Below, piece after piece: positions 9,254 through 18,282 of a DNA stretch of 62,400 bases. Where the stretch lies: positions 1-62,400 of the forward strand of contig PMCS01000028.1 in assembly GCA_003154195.1 (NCBI GenBank). The letters are read 5' to 3'. The notes beneath the pieces were generated by a model. That model saw nothing but the letters and a program-made list of their open reading frames with translations, made no database searches and was not told the DNA's origin. Origin of the DNA: Candidatus Omnitrophota bacterium. GTDB taxonomy: Bacteria; Omnitrophota; Gorgyraeia; Duberdicusellales; 4484-171. Numbering within the stretch: the stretch's first letter is position 1; every line of letters starts with the position of its first letter. The translations under genes were made by a program, and so were the position numbers.

Positions 9254-9398
9254 CTCAACCGCCTCCTATTCGCACGTATTATCAAAAAATGCCTACCGTG
9301 TATAGCCCTCAAAGCGTCAGAGCATCAAAGTGTCAGAGAGGTTGAGCTTTGGCACTATGACACTTTGACTCTATGACACTCTATCGCTCCCATTAATC

Positions 9399-10808
9399 CT
9401 ATTCGCCTTTCGCTTCGCTGCCGGCGCCGGCGGACTTTTTGCCGGAAGTATCTTCCTGCGCCGGGAAATCTTGCTTAACCTGAACCGATTCAATTTCCAC
9501 GTTTACCTGTTTATCTTTGGCCGTGCCGGGTTGAAGCAAGGTTCCCGACTTTGGGTTTTCCCGGGAAGGTAACGGCCCCGGGCCGGCGGCAACGCGGGAT
9601 ACACGGTCGGCATAATCTTTAAATTGAGAATTAAACTCGTTGATTTTAGCCACCTCGGCCCTCAACGCGTCAAGCGCGGCTTCTTTTTCTTTCAACCGGC
9701 CGCCCAGACGAGCGTTAAGCAGTTTAGACTTAACCGAGCTCTCTCTTAACGCAACCAGCTCTTTCAACTGGTCCTGGACCTTGACGGTCAAATCAAGCAA
9801 AACGCTGTTCTTTTCTTCCAGGGCGGTCTCCAGATTTACGATTTTTTCCGCGCGGCTTGCCAATTCCGATTCTACTCCCGCCTGCCGCTGTTTTACCTGC
9901 GCGTACCGCTCGTTGGCGCTCTGAAAATCTTTTTTCAACTTACCTGCTTCCTCATTTAATCCCCTGATAATATTTTCCTTCTCTTTTAAGGTCTGCTCAA
10001 AATTATCCGGGGAATTTAATTGAGCCGTCAATTTATCGAACTGGTCGCGGTACCGGCTCAACTGCGCCGACAAATCTTCTTTTTCTTTATTCAACCGGGC
10101 GATTTCATCAAGGTATGGCTGAACGCCTTTGGCTTTTTTCCGGCCATCCTCAACCAGCCGGACGTTTTCTTTTTCTAAAAGGGAAACCTTTTCCCATAGT
10201 TTTTTTATTTCTTCATCCCGGCGGGAAACCTCCTTTAAGATATCTTTATCGCTCGCGGGAATGCCTTCATTTTTTGCCGCGGCAAGCTTAACGATGTTTA
10301 AATCCAACGAATATAATTCATTGTAGATCGAACGCAGCGAGGCGTTTAATTGCGACTTCTGGCGCGAACTTGTATCGATTTTGTCTATAGCCGAGGCGAT
10401 TGCTTTGATCTTATCGGTGATTGCCGCCAGTTCCACCGACGGAGTTTTGGTTCCCGGCGATTCGCCCGCCGCCTTTTTGTTTTCTTTATCTTCGACGAGT
10501 TTTCTCTTGATCTCGATCAACTCCTGCCTTAATTTTATCGCGTCTTCCTGGAGGGTATGCGCGCCGGCTTTAAGAACCTGGTTTTCCTCTTCCAATTTAT
10601 TGTTCGCCGCCGTCAAAGCCTCCCTGGTCTGCGCTAAATCCTGCTTCTCCTTGAGGATACCGGTAATAGAGTTGCTGATTTCCGTTAAATGGTCTTTATA
10701 GCGCGTCAGCGCTTCGGTAGACAGGCGCGACTGGGAAAAAAACCCGAACGCGAGCAACGCTAAAAAAATTACCAGGATCACCAAAACGACGATTGTTGTT
10801 TTCTTCAT
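9399..10808 (-). CDS. membrane-anchored long coiled-coil protein
   Basis: N-terminal TM helix (IVVLVILVIFLALLAFGFF) followed by about 400 aa of heptad-like, E/K/L/Q-rich sequence. Confidence 0.7.
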   Translation of the reverse strand: MKKTTIVVLVILVIFLALLAFGFFSQSRLSTEALTRYKDHLTEISNSITGILKEKQDLAQTREALTAANNKLEEENQVLKAGAHTLQEDAIKLRQELIEIKRKLVEDKENKKAAGESPGTKTPSVELAAITDKIKAIASAIDKIDTSSRQKSQLNASLRSIYNELYSLDLNIVKLAAAKNEGIPASDKDILKEVSRRDEEIKKLWEKVSLLEKENVRLVEDGRKKAKGVQPYLDEIARLNKEKEDLSAQLSRYRDQFDKLTAQLNSPDNFEQTLKEKENIIRGLNEEAGKLKKDFQSANERYAQVKQRQAGVESELASRAEKIVNLETALEEKNSVLLDLTVKVQDQLKELVALRESSVKSKLLNARLGGRLKEKEAALDALRAEVAKINEFNSQFKDYADRVSRVAAGPGPLPSRENPKSGTLLQPGTAKDKQVNVEIESVQVKQDFPAQEDTSGKKSAGAGSEAKGE

Positions 10809-11084
10809 TTTTTTTACCCCTTATTTAATGAGACTTCGCCGACCGAGCGCACGCGTAGCACGCTCAGGGAGGCGGTAGCCGAATTACCCCCGAAGGGGTT
10901 TGCTGCGCAAAAAATAATACTATCCGCTTCGCGGATAAAAAAAGACATACTCAAACGTGAAGACTCTTCAAAAAAATACTACTGCATTGTTGCATTAATT
11001 TTGCCTTTAATTATGTGATGCAAAATTAATGTTTACAATCAGTTGTGCCGCGTACCATTATTTAATAGTTTAAGCAGCGCGGTG

Positions 11085-12698
11085 CTATTTATTTTTTTTG
11101 TCCTTACCTTCTAAAACGGCATCGCGCAATTTTAATTTCAACGGCCGCAGCGGCGAAAGCTTTAACCCGCTATCCATCGCCAATACCGAGCCTTCGTTCT
11201 CTTTAACCACGCGCGCGGTGACAAAAATCAACAGGTCACTCTTGGTAGGGCTTTCCTCCTTATGGCTGAACAATTTGCCGAGCAACGGTAAATCCCCCAG
11301 GAAAGGCACTTTAGTTGTGTTATAGGTTTTCTCATTAGTCACCAGGCCGCCGATAATAATCGTCTGGCCGTCTTTAATTACGACTTCCGTCTCCGCGGTG
11401 CGCTTGCCGATGATAGGAATACTGGTGCCGGAGTTGTAACCGACGATGGAAGACACTTCCGGTTTTAACTTCAGTTTAACGTGACCGTCCGGGCTGACCT
11501 GAGGCGTCACCGTTAAAATCACCCCCACTTCCTGTTTTTCATAAGTATATTTCGTCTGCTTAGTCTGCTCATCGTAAGTTTCCTGGGAAACGATGCGCAC
11601 GGTTTGCCCCACCTGGATGCTCGCTTCTTTATTATCGGTAGTGACAATACGCGGCGAAGAAAGAAGCTTGGTATCGCCCCTGGTCTTCAACATATCCAGC
11701 GTCGCCTTAAACTGGCTGAAATCCAACGCGCCAAAACTAAACATATCGCCGCCGACCTCGGGAAAAGAACCGATGCCGGCCGGTAAATTAGGAAAGGCGA
11801 CGTCCTGTACGGGGAAAGAAGAAGTTATCTGGGGAATTTGATAAGGATAGCTGATAGTTGTAGTACTAACTGGTTTGGTATAATCAACAGTTCCATCCGT
11901 CTGCAGATACGGATAGGTGACCGTAGGCGTCTCTACCGGCCTGGTATTATCCGGGGTATAGCTTATCGAATGTTCCTGGATAGGATAATATTGGCGGTCC
12001 GCGCCGAAACGGTTAAACGGCCAGGTGGTCGGCCGCTTCGAACCGGAAGCGGAAATCGTCGTATTCCAATCAATACCGAGTTTCTCCGTAGTACCCAGCG
12101 TAGTTTCGATAAACCGCGCTTCGATTAAAACCTGCATCGTGGTATCGTCGAGCTTAGGGATCATCCCCTCCAGTTTGCTGATCACCGCGACGTTATCGGT
12201 AACAATCAGCGCGTTAGAGCGGGTATCGGCTTCGATTTTCCCTTCACTGGATAAAGTCTTGGCTAAAGTATCTTTTAACTTTCCGGCGTCGGCATTGTTA
12301 AGCCGGAAAACCTTGGTCTGCTTGCCTTCTTTTTCCGCCTCGGCCGCCGTGGTTACTTTTATTACTTTACCTTTTTTGGTATACATAAAACCGTTAATGG
12401 TTACAATCGAATCAAGCGCTTCATCAATCGTTACCCCATGGAGCTGAACCGTAATCAGCCCCTTGACCGATTCGGAGAAAATGATATTCAAATTATACTG
12501 CTTGGATAACTGGCGCAAAACATCCTTGATATCAACCTCCCTGAATTCAAGATACTCGATGTAGTCTTCAAGCGAAGATTCTTTTTCTTCGGAAGCCTGC
12601 TTTTCCTGCGAAAAAACAAAAAAGTTCACAGGCGAAAGGTTAATGGTTAAAAACGCCGTCAGGCAAAAAATAACAAATATAATATTCTTTTTCTTCAT
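11085..12698 (-). CDS. pilQ: secretin (PilQ/GspD/MshL family)
   Basis: C-terminal secretin signature (VPFLGDLPLLGKLFS, LLIFVTARVV) and N0/N1-like domains. The ATG at 12698 gives the signal peptide MKKKNIIFVIFCLTAFL; the track's TTG at 12719 is the alternative start. Confidence 0.9.
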   Translation of the reverse strand: MKKKNIIFVIFCLTAFLTINLSPVNFFVFSQEKQASEEKESSLEDYIEYLEFREVDIKDVLRQLSKQYNLNIIFSESVKGLITVQLHGVTIDEALDSIVTINGFMYTKKGKVIKVTTAAEAEKEGKQTKVFRLNNADAGKLKDTLAKTLSSEGKIEADTRSNALIVTDNVAVISKLEGMIPKLDDTTMQVLIEARFIETTLGTTEKLGIDWNTTISASGSKRPTTWPFNRFGADRQYYPIQEHSISYTPDNTRPVETPTVTYPYLQTDGTVDYTKPVSTTTISYPYQIPQITSSFPVQDVAFPNLPAGIGSFPEVGGDMFSFGALDFSQFKATLDMLKTRGDTKLLSSPRIVTTDNKEASIQVGQTVRIVSQETYDEQTKQTKYTYEKQEVGVILTVTPQVSPDGHVKLKLKPEVSSIVGYNSGTSIPIIGKRTAETEVVIKDGQTIIIGGLVTNEKTYNTTKVPFLGDLPLLGKLFSHKEESPTKSDLLIFVTARVVKENEGSVLAMDSGLKLSPLRPLKLKLRDAVLEGKDKKNK

Positions 12699-12765
12699 AT
12701 AGTTTTTATTATATCCCAAATTTTTAAAAAAGAAATTAATCTTTCACAGTTTATCCACAATTTGT

Positions 12766-13230
12766 TCATTCCTCCGGCAAGACCAAATAAAATTTTTCGT
12801 TTCCTTTTTTTAAAAGAACTTTATTTTTGTGCACTTCGATGACTTTATAGCCGACAATCATATCGCCGACGGTTAAAATCTGATCGTTGACAAAGACATA
12901 TCCCGATTTCGCCCCCCCCATAGACACGCCTTTTAAAACAAAACTTGAACTCTGATAGATTTCAGTCTTTACCGCGTGATAAAAAGGATCTAAGCCCCAT
13001 TCTAGATTGGCTCTTTTTTTCTGATCGTCGATATCCTTCGCGGAAGCGACGGTCACGACATTGGACGATTTAGCCGCGGCCGCGGGGATTTCCGGCACAA
13101 CCGCCGACGCCGCCGTTTCCGCAACTGCGTAAGCCCGCTTCTTTTTTGGTTTAAGGGTGGCCATTGAAACGACGACCAAAACTAAAACCAATACGCCGGT
13201 AATGATTAATTGTTGTTTTTGTTTATCCAT
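12766..13230 (-). CDS. PilP/GspC/MshK-like inner-membrane-anchored pilus protein
   Basis: N-terminal TM helix. The C-terminal beta domain (VFVNDQILTVGDMIVGYKVIEVHKNKVLLKKG) resembles the GspC HR / PilP fold. Syntenic position between the PilO-like gene and the secretin. Confidence 0.5.
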   Translation of the reverse strand: MDKQKQQLIITGVLVLVLVVVSMATLKPKKKRAYAVAETAASAVVPEIPAAAAKSSNVVTVASAKDIDDQKKRANLEWGLDPFYHAVKTEIYQSSSFVLKGVSMGGAKSGYVFVNDQILTVGDMIVGYKVIEVHKNKVLLKKGNEKFYLVLPEE

Positions 13231-13558
13231 ATTTATTTTTTACTGCGTAAAAAATAAATATTCTTTAATTTTTCCGGCCGGCGATTTCGCCGGCGTGCAG
13301 CCGGAAAAATTAACCCCGGGAAAGGTCAAAGTTAACCCTTCGCTCACTCAGGGTAATTCGACTACAGATTTCCTCTGTCCCGTTACCCTGAATAAAATAT
13401 TCAGGTGCGGGACGCCCCGAACCTTAATCCGTATATTAAGGAAACGGGGCTGCGCTTTTCGAGCTTGTGCAGCGCAAGCGGAGTCCCGCCTATGGCGGGG
13501 AGAAAATCTAAGTCTCATTAAAAAATATTTTTGCCGAAACAAAAATTTAGCCTACCGG

Positions 13559-14155
13559 CTAAATCCGTGACATGGTATAACTGCTCAAAAGCAAATTCGC
13601 GATAACTTTGCCTTCTTCTTCTTTTTTCTTTTTAGACGCGTCCTCTTCCGTATTTTCGAACTTTTCCACCGAAATGCTTTCTACGGTATAAACTGTGGGT
13701 AAATCCACTAACGCCTTGAAATAAGAACCGATCACTTTATAGGGCGCCTTAAGAACAACTTCGATGTAACTTTTAGATATACCCTCGGGTAATCTTTCTT
13801 CCTTAAACGATAATTCTTTTATCGGTTTTATGGAAACTATCTCGATGCTCAATTCGCTGGTTTTTTTGGTAAGCTGCTGGATAATCCTGGGTAACTCCCT
13901 TTCCGAAACCGATTTACTCTTCAAATTTGCTATTCTTTCTTTAATTTCCTCCAGATTTTTATCGGGGTTGGGGTATTCTTTTATAAGTTTTTCCGTATCG
14001 GTCAAAGCCTGTTGTATTTTTTCCACATTCCCCTTCTCTTCATTCAACCCCCCGAATACTTTTCTGCCCAGAGTAAAATGCAGTATGGCAAATATCGTAA
14101 GATAAATACCGATGTTGAATACAACTTTTAAGGTTCTGTCTTTTATACCAATCAT
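13559..14155 (-). CDS. pilO: PilO-like pilus biogenesis protein
   Basis: One TM helix, a coiled-coil segment and a C-terminal ferredoxin-like part. Lies directly downstream of the PilM/N gene. Confidence 0.6.
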   Translation of the reverse strand: MIGIKDRTLKVVFNIGIYLTIFAILHFTLGRKVFGGLNEEKGNVEKIQQALTDTEKLIKEYPNPDKNLEEIKERIANLKSKSVSERELPRIIQQLTKKTSELSIEIVSIKPIKELSFKEERLPEGISKSYIEVVLKAPYKVIGSYFKALVDLPTVYTVESISVEKFENTEEDASKKKKEEEGKVIANLLLSSYTMSRI

Positions 14156-14173
14156 AAAGGATTTACCTAAATT

Positions 14174-15991
14174 TTATACCTTTAATTCACAAGCTATCTC
14201 AAAATTTGCCTTGGGTACCGGCGAATAGATATCGCGTTCACTGGTGACCAAGCGCACATTGCCGAAAAATGGCGATTCGCTTAAATTAAGCGTATACTGG
14301 GATATCGCTAAATCAAGGTTGGAATATTCGCTGATCACCTCGCCCTTGATATTGATCTCCCGGGGAACGGTGCCGCCCTTAACTTCCAGCTTATGCAAAG
14401 TTACTTCTTGCGGCGTCACGATGCTTAATTCTTTTAAAACTCCCCACCATAAAGGCTGCTTGCCGATCGCCCGGCCTAATAAAGATTCTTTTTCGTTAAT
14501 GGCACTTTTCAAAACAAGATAATCATTGATTTTTTTAATCGTAGGCGCAAGGTTGGCCATGTGGACCTCACTGCGCTTGGCTATTGTTTTTAAGATGATG
14601 GAACGGCCGTAAATAAAACTGTAAACGCCTAAAATAATCACGAGAAACAAGGGAAAAGTAATCCGCGCCAGGAACATTAAAAACAGCGCTTTCTGTTCGA
14701 TTTTTTCTTTGGGAGGGACAAGGTTGACTTCACCGCCCTTGTCGATACAAAGACCGAAAGCGACCGCTAAATGCGGGGCAGCCTCTTCCATCACCAGCTC
14801 TTGCCGGAATACGCCGGTGTCAAGCCAACCCTTGATCGCTTTCAACGGATTTAATTTCTCTATTGTTTTTATCGCTAAATTGTTCAAGTTCGCCGAGAGA
14901 AAACGGTCGATATTCTTCATCCGGGAAGCGCCGCCGGTAATATATAACGCGTCAATGGTTTCGATCTTGTAAGTGCGGAAATAATAGGTTACGGTTCGAG
15001 AAATTTCCGTGACCAACCGCTCTAAAATCGGCCGCAGCGCCGTAGTGATCTGCCCGCCCTCGACTACGCCGAAATCCGTATAAAACTCCGCGACTGCGTC
15101 ATCCGCCATCGGTATGCCGCACTGACGTTTGAAAGTCTCGGCGTCTTCAAAAGTTATATTGACGCCCAGGGGAGCAAGCGCCTTGAGGATCCCCTGGGTA
15201 AGCTGCTCGCCGCCCACGGGAACCTCGCGGCTGAACTGCAGTAAGCCTTTTTTGTAAAAATTAAGGATACTTTGTTTTACGCCCATATCCAAAACCGCCG
15301 TAATTTGCTCACTGCCGATTGCCGTAATCAAATTGCCCAGGGCGTCGGACGCGATATTTATCGTAACGGGACGAAGATTGAAAGCCTTTAAGAACTCAAG
15401 GTGTTTGTCCAAAGAACTATTATCAATAGCAATGCAAGTAACCATCGCCGAAGGATTTTCTTCTTCGAATTTATCGGTAACAAAATAATTATAAAAAATG
15501 TTTTTGAAATCCAATTGAAAGGGAAGCCTTTTTTTCAATTCGATGCCTACCGTACCCCTTAAATCTTTATCGGAAAGCGGCGGGACTAAAAAAGAAAAAA
15601 CAAATATCCCCGCGCCTTTTATCGTAAGCCTGCCCAAAGTGGTTTTTATTTTAGATTGAGCGATAAATTCGCTGATAAAATCTTTGATGAATTTCGCGCG
15701 TTCCTTAGGATTATCTTTTACCTTAAAAGGGATGGCTCTGACTTTATAATCGGTCAAAAGATACCCTCCCCTGCCTTTTTGCAGCTGGACTATCTTAATA
15801 TACCCCTGTCCGACATCAATACCGATGGTGTTTTGCGTAGAAAGAATAATATTCCTGAAAGAAAAAAGAACCTCCTTAAAATCAATCTTTTTTCTGGTAA
15901 CCGGGATGCTTACCTCGGCCGGCGCGCCGGATTGCGAACCGGGACCGGCGTTGGAATCGGGACTTAAGTTAGGGTTAGGCGTATTGTCCAT
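14174..15991 (-). CDS. pilM: PilM-PilN fusion (MshI-like): actin-like ATPase domain plus a TM helix and PilN-like C-terminus
   Basis: PilM-like blocks (IGIDVGQGYIKIVQL, ITGGASRM) followed by a TM segment (ALFLMFLARITFPLFLVIILGVYSF) and a fimbrial-assembly-like tail. ATG at 15991; the track's TTG at 16021 is the alternative start. Confidence 0.8.
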   Translation of the reverse strand: MDNTPNPNLSPDSNAGPGSQSGAPAEVSIPVTRKKIDFKEVLFSFRNIILSTQNTIGIDVGQGYIKIVQLQKGRGGYLLTDYKVRAIPFKVKDNPKERAKFIKDFISEFIAQSKIKTTLGRLTIKGAGIFVFSFLVPPLSDKDLRGTVGIELKKRLPFQLDFKNIFYNYFVTDKFEEENPSAMVTCIAIDNSSLDKHLEFLKAFNLRPVTINIASDALGNLITAIGSEQITAVLDMGVKQSILNFYKKGLLQFSREVPVGGEQLTQGILKALAPLGVNITFEDAETFKRQCGIPMADDAVAEFYTDFGVVEGGQITTALRPILERLVTEISRTVTYYFRTYKIETIDALYITGGASRMKNIDRFLSANLNNLAIKTIEKLNPLKAIKGWLDTGVFRQELVMEEAAPHLAVAFGLCIDKGGEVNLVPPKEKIEQKALFLMFLARITFPLFLVIILGVYSFIYGRSIILKTIAKRSEVHMANLAPTIKKINDYLVLKSAINEKESLLGRAIGKQPLWWGVLKELSIVTPQEVTLHKLEVKGGTVPREINIKGEVISEYSNLDLAISQYTLNLSESPFFGNVRLVTSERDIYSPVPKANFEIACELKV

Positions 15992-16176
15992 ATTAATAAA
16001 AAATAATTTTAAATTTAGCAATTAACATTTTAAAGTTAACATTTTTTAAAAAATGCTAATTGCTAATTGTTCCCGCCACCTTAATATTCGGAATCAGGCG
16101 GGTCAGCCTTAGGCTTAAAATGTCAAATTTAAAATTAGTTGAGCCCCCGGTATCATCAAGTACTTCAAGGGCTCAA

Positions 16177-17511
16177 CTATTTAGTTAGCGCCCACCTGCC
16201 AAAGGGAACATAGGTTATTTTTTTATTCTTTATTTTTTCCTCGCCGGCAAACCCTTCGGTAATGACCAGGGATCTATTCACCTTTAATTCCGCCATCGCG
16301 TTGACCAAAGGAGTAATATATTTTTCTTTTGCTTTAAATTCCTGCGGATCGGCGCATACCTGGATCAGTTCTCTTACCTTCCCTCTTTCCTGAAGGACAA
16401 AATCAACTTCATGGCGCCCGTCGCGCCAGTAAGCTATCTCCGAGAAAGGATATCCCGCCTGCGCACGGCGCAGCGATAGATACACGGAATTCTCCAAAAC
16501 CCTGCCTTTGTCTTTATTAAAATCAAACCCGTAAACCAAGCGCAAACCGTTGTCGATGATATAGGTCTTGCGCGGCCTTGAATTCCCGCCTTTTTCCGAA
16601 CCTTCACAACGCGTCTTCTTGGTCATAAAAATAATCCCGGCATCCTCAAGGTAAGAGAGATAATAAATCAGGGTCCGCTTGGTAATCGGATAGATTGTTT
16701 TGATCCATTTCCAAAAGGCATTTAGAGAAAAAATCCCCGCGGTATTCGAAACTAGAAACTTAAGCAGCTCGCGCATGACCATCTGGTTCTTGATGTTATA
16801 GCGTTCCGATAAATCTTTAAAAAACATCGCTTCCACGTAATCTTTCAAGATCCGCGCCTTCAGAGCCGGATCAGGCTGCAGCACCGCCTCAGGAAACCCC
16901 CCGCTGGTAAAATATTCCTCCTGGCACTTTGTGGCCGCAAAATGCGCCGGCGAAGACGGCGCCGATTTCGACAAAGCCACATTTTTTATCCGCAGGAATT
17001 CCGGCAAAGAAAAGGGTAAAATCTCAAAATTTAAAACACGGGAAGAAAATCCGGCGGCAATATCTTTATTCAAAAATTTCGAAGAAGAACCGGTGATAAA
17101 GATATGGAATTTTTTTGTCGCGTGAAGGCGCGAAACTGCCGATTCCCAGTTTTTTACATTTTGGATCTCGTCAAAAAACAAATAATTACTTTTATTTTGA
17201 TTTTCTGGATAAAGCTCCCAGTAAACCTCTAAAATCACCTCTAAGTCTTTCGCTGAGGCCGGTAAAAGACGAGGGTCATCAAAATTTATATAGACAATCC
17301 TGCGCTTTTCGATACCGGAATCGATTAACGATTGGATAAGAGAAAATAAAAGGTAGGTCTTGCCGCTGCGCCGAACGCCGGCCAGGACAACGATTTTTTT
17401 GGAATTTAACGGGACAGAAATATCGCGCGCGATTACCGGGGGTAATTTCGTTTGGTGAAATTCCCTTATCGCCTGCTTGATGATTTCTTTATTGATTTTG
17501 TATGATACCAT
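16177..17511 (-). CDS. AAA-family ATP-binding protein (AAA_14 + DUF4143 architecture)
   Basis: Walker A GVRRSGKTY, Walker B LFFDEIQ. The C-terminal region (VDFVLQ...) is typical of the DUF4143 family. Confidence 0.8.
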   Translation of the reverse strand: MVSYKINKEIIKQAIREFHQTKLPPVIARDISVPLNSKKIVVLAGVRRSGKTYLLFSLIQSLIDSGIEKRRIVYINFDDPRLLPASAKDLEVILEVYWELYPENQNKSNYLFFDEIQNVKNWESAVSRLHATKKFHIFITGSSSKFLNKDIAAGFSSRVLNFEILPFSLPEFLRIKNVALSKSAPSSPAHFAATKCQEEYFTSGGFPEAVLQPDPALKARILKDYVEAMFFKDLSERYNIKNQMVMRELLKFLVSNTAGIFSLNAFWKWIKTIYPITKRTLIYYLSYLEDAGIIFMTKKTRCEGSEKGGNSRPRKTYIIDNGLRLVYGFDFNKDKGRVLENSVYLSLRRAQAGYPFSEIAYWRDGRHEVDFVLQERGKVRELIQVCADPQEFKAKEKYITPLVNAMAELKVNRSLVITEGFAGEEKIKNKKITYVPFGRWALTK

Positions 17512-17788
17512 TTATTGATTAAAATGGTATCATGAAGGATACTTTTTGTCAAGATATAATTATGAATGATTATGGAATATTATAGATGGTTATACTAACA
17601 AAAAAATGCGTTTAAAAAGTATTCAAGCGATGCCGCGAATTCGCTCGTTTATAGATAGATTGGGGATTTACGGCACAGCTTGAATTAGAAGATTTCAAAA
17701 CATGGATGTCCCTAAGGCAGGCTTTTGCATCAAAGAACGTTTATGGCAAACTGTTTCGCAAGAATTGCGAAACAGTTTGAATTACGCC

Positions 17789-17817
17789 TTGACTTTCGCG
17801 GCGCCCTGCTATATACT
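17789..17817 (+). promoter_or_regulatory. sigma70-type promoter for the marR-efflux operon
   Basis: TTGACT (17789-17794), 17-nt spacer, TATACT (17812-17817). It lies 35 nt upstream of the marR ATG and is followed by TAGTTAATATACTA, a possible operator. Confidence 0.55.
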
Positions 17818-17852
17818 TAACCTCATAAATAGTTAATATACTAAACAATAAA

Positions 17853-18281
17853 ATGAATATTGACCGGTTTGTCGAGAAAATGATGGAATTATGCCCGCGG
17901 ATCGCCCGCAGCATTGCCCATCAGGAAAGCGACCATCTTTCGCAAGGTAAAATCACCCTGCCGCAGTTCTGGGCGCTTGACCATCTATACCGTAACGGCC
18001 CCGGCACGATGACCGAGCTTTCCCGGTTTTTAAAGATTTCCCGGGCCGCGACTACCGGCTTAATCGACCGGCTGCTCATCCAGAAACTTATCGTAAGAAA
18101 AGAAGATAAAAGCGATCGCCGGGTTGTGCGGATAGAAATAACTTCCCGAGGGTATCATATAATTAAAAACATCCACCGGCAAAAACACTTGAATTTTGCG
18201 CGTATTTTCAGTAAAATTTCTCCGGCCGACCGCGCGGAATACCTGCGCATATTGGAACGGATAGTGAAAATAGTAAGTTGA
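17853..18281 (+). CDS. MarR-family transcriptional regulator
   Basis: Winged-HTH block LPQFWALDHLYRNGPGTMTELSRFLKISRAATTGLIDRLLIQKLIVRKEDKSDRRVVRIEIT. Confidence 0.9.
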   Translation: MNIDRFVEKMMELCPRIARSIAHQESDHLSQGKITLPQFWALDHLYRNGPGTMTELSRFLKISRAATTGLIDRLLIQKLIVRKEDKSDRRVVRIEITSRGYHIIKNIHRQKHLNFARIFSKISPADRAEYLRILERIVKIVS

Positions 18282-18282
18282 T

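Noticed and set aside
11040-11075. Sigma-54 promoter in the shared element (TGGTACGCGGCACAA at 11040-11075, TGGTACGCGGTGCAAG near 28146).
   Set aside because: The GG to GC spacing is 8 nt instead of the canonical 10, and the -12 TTGC is imperfect. No enhancer-binding protein is encoded nearby.
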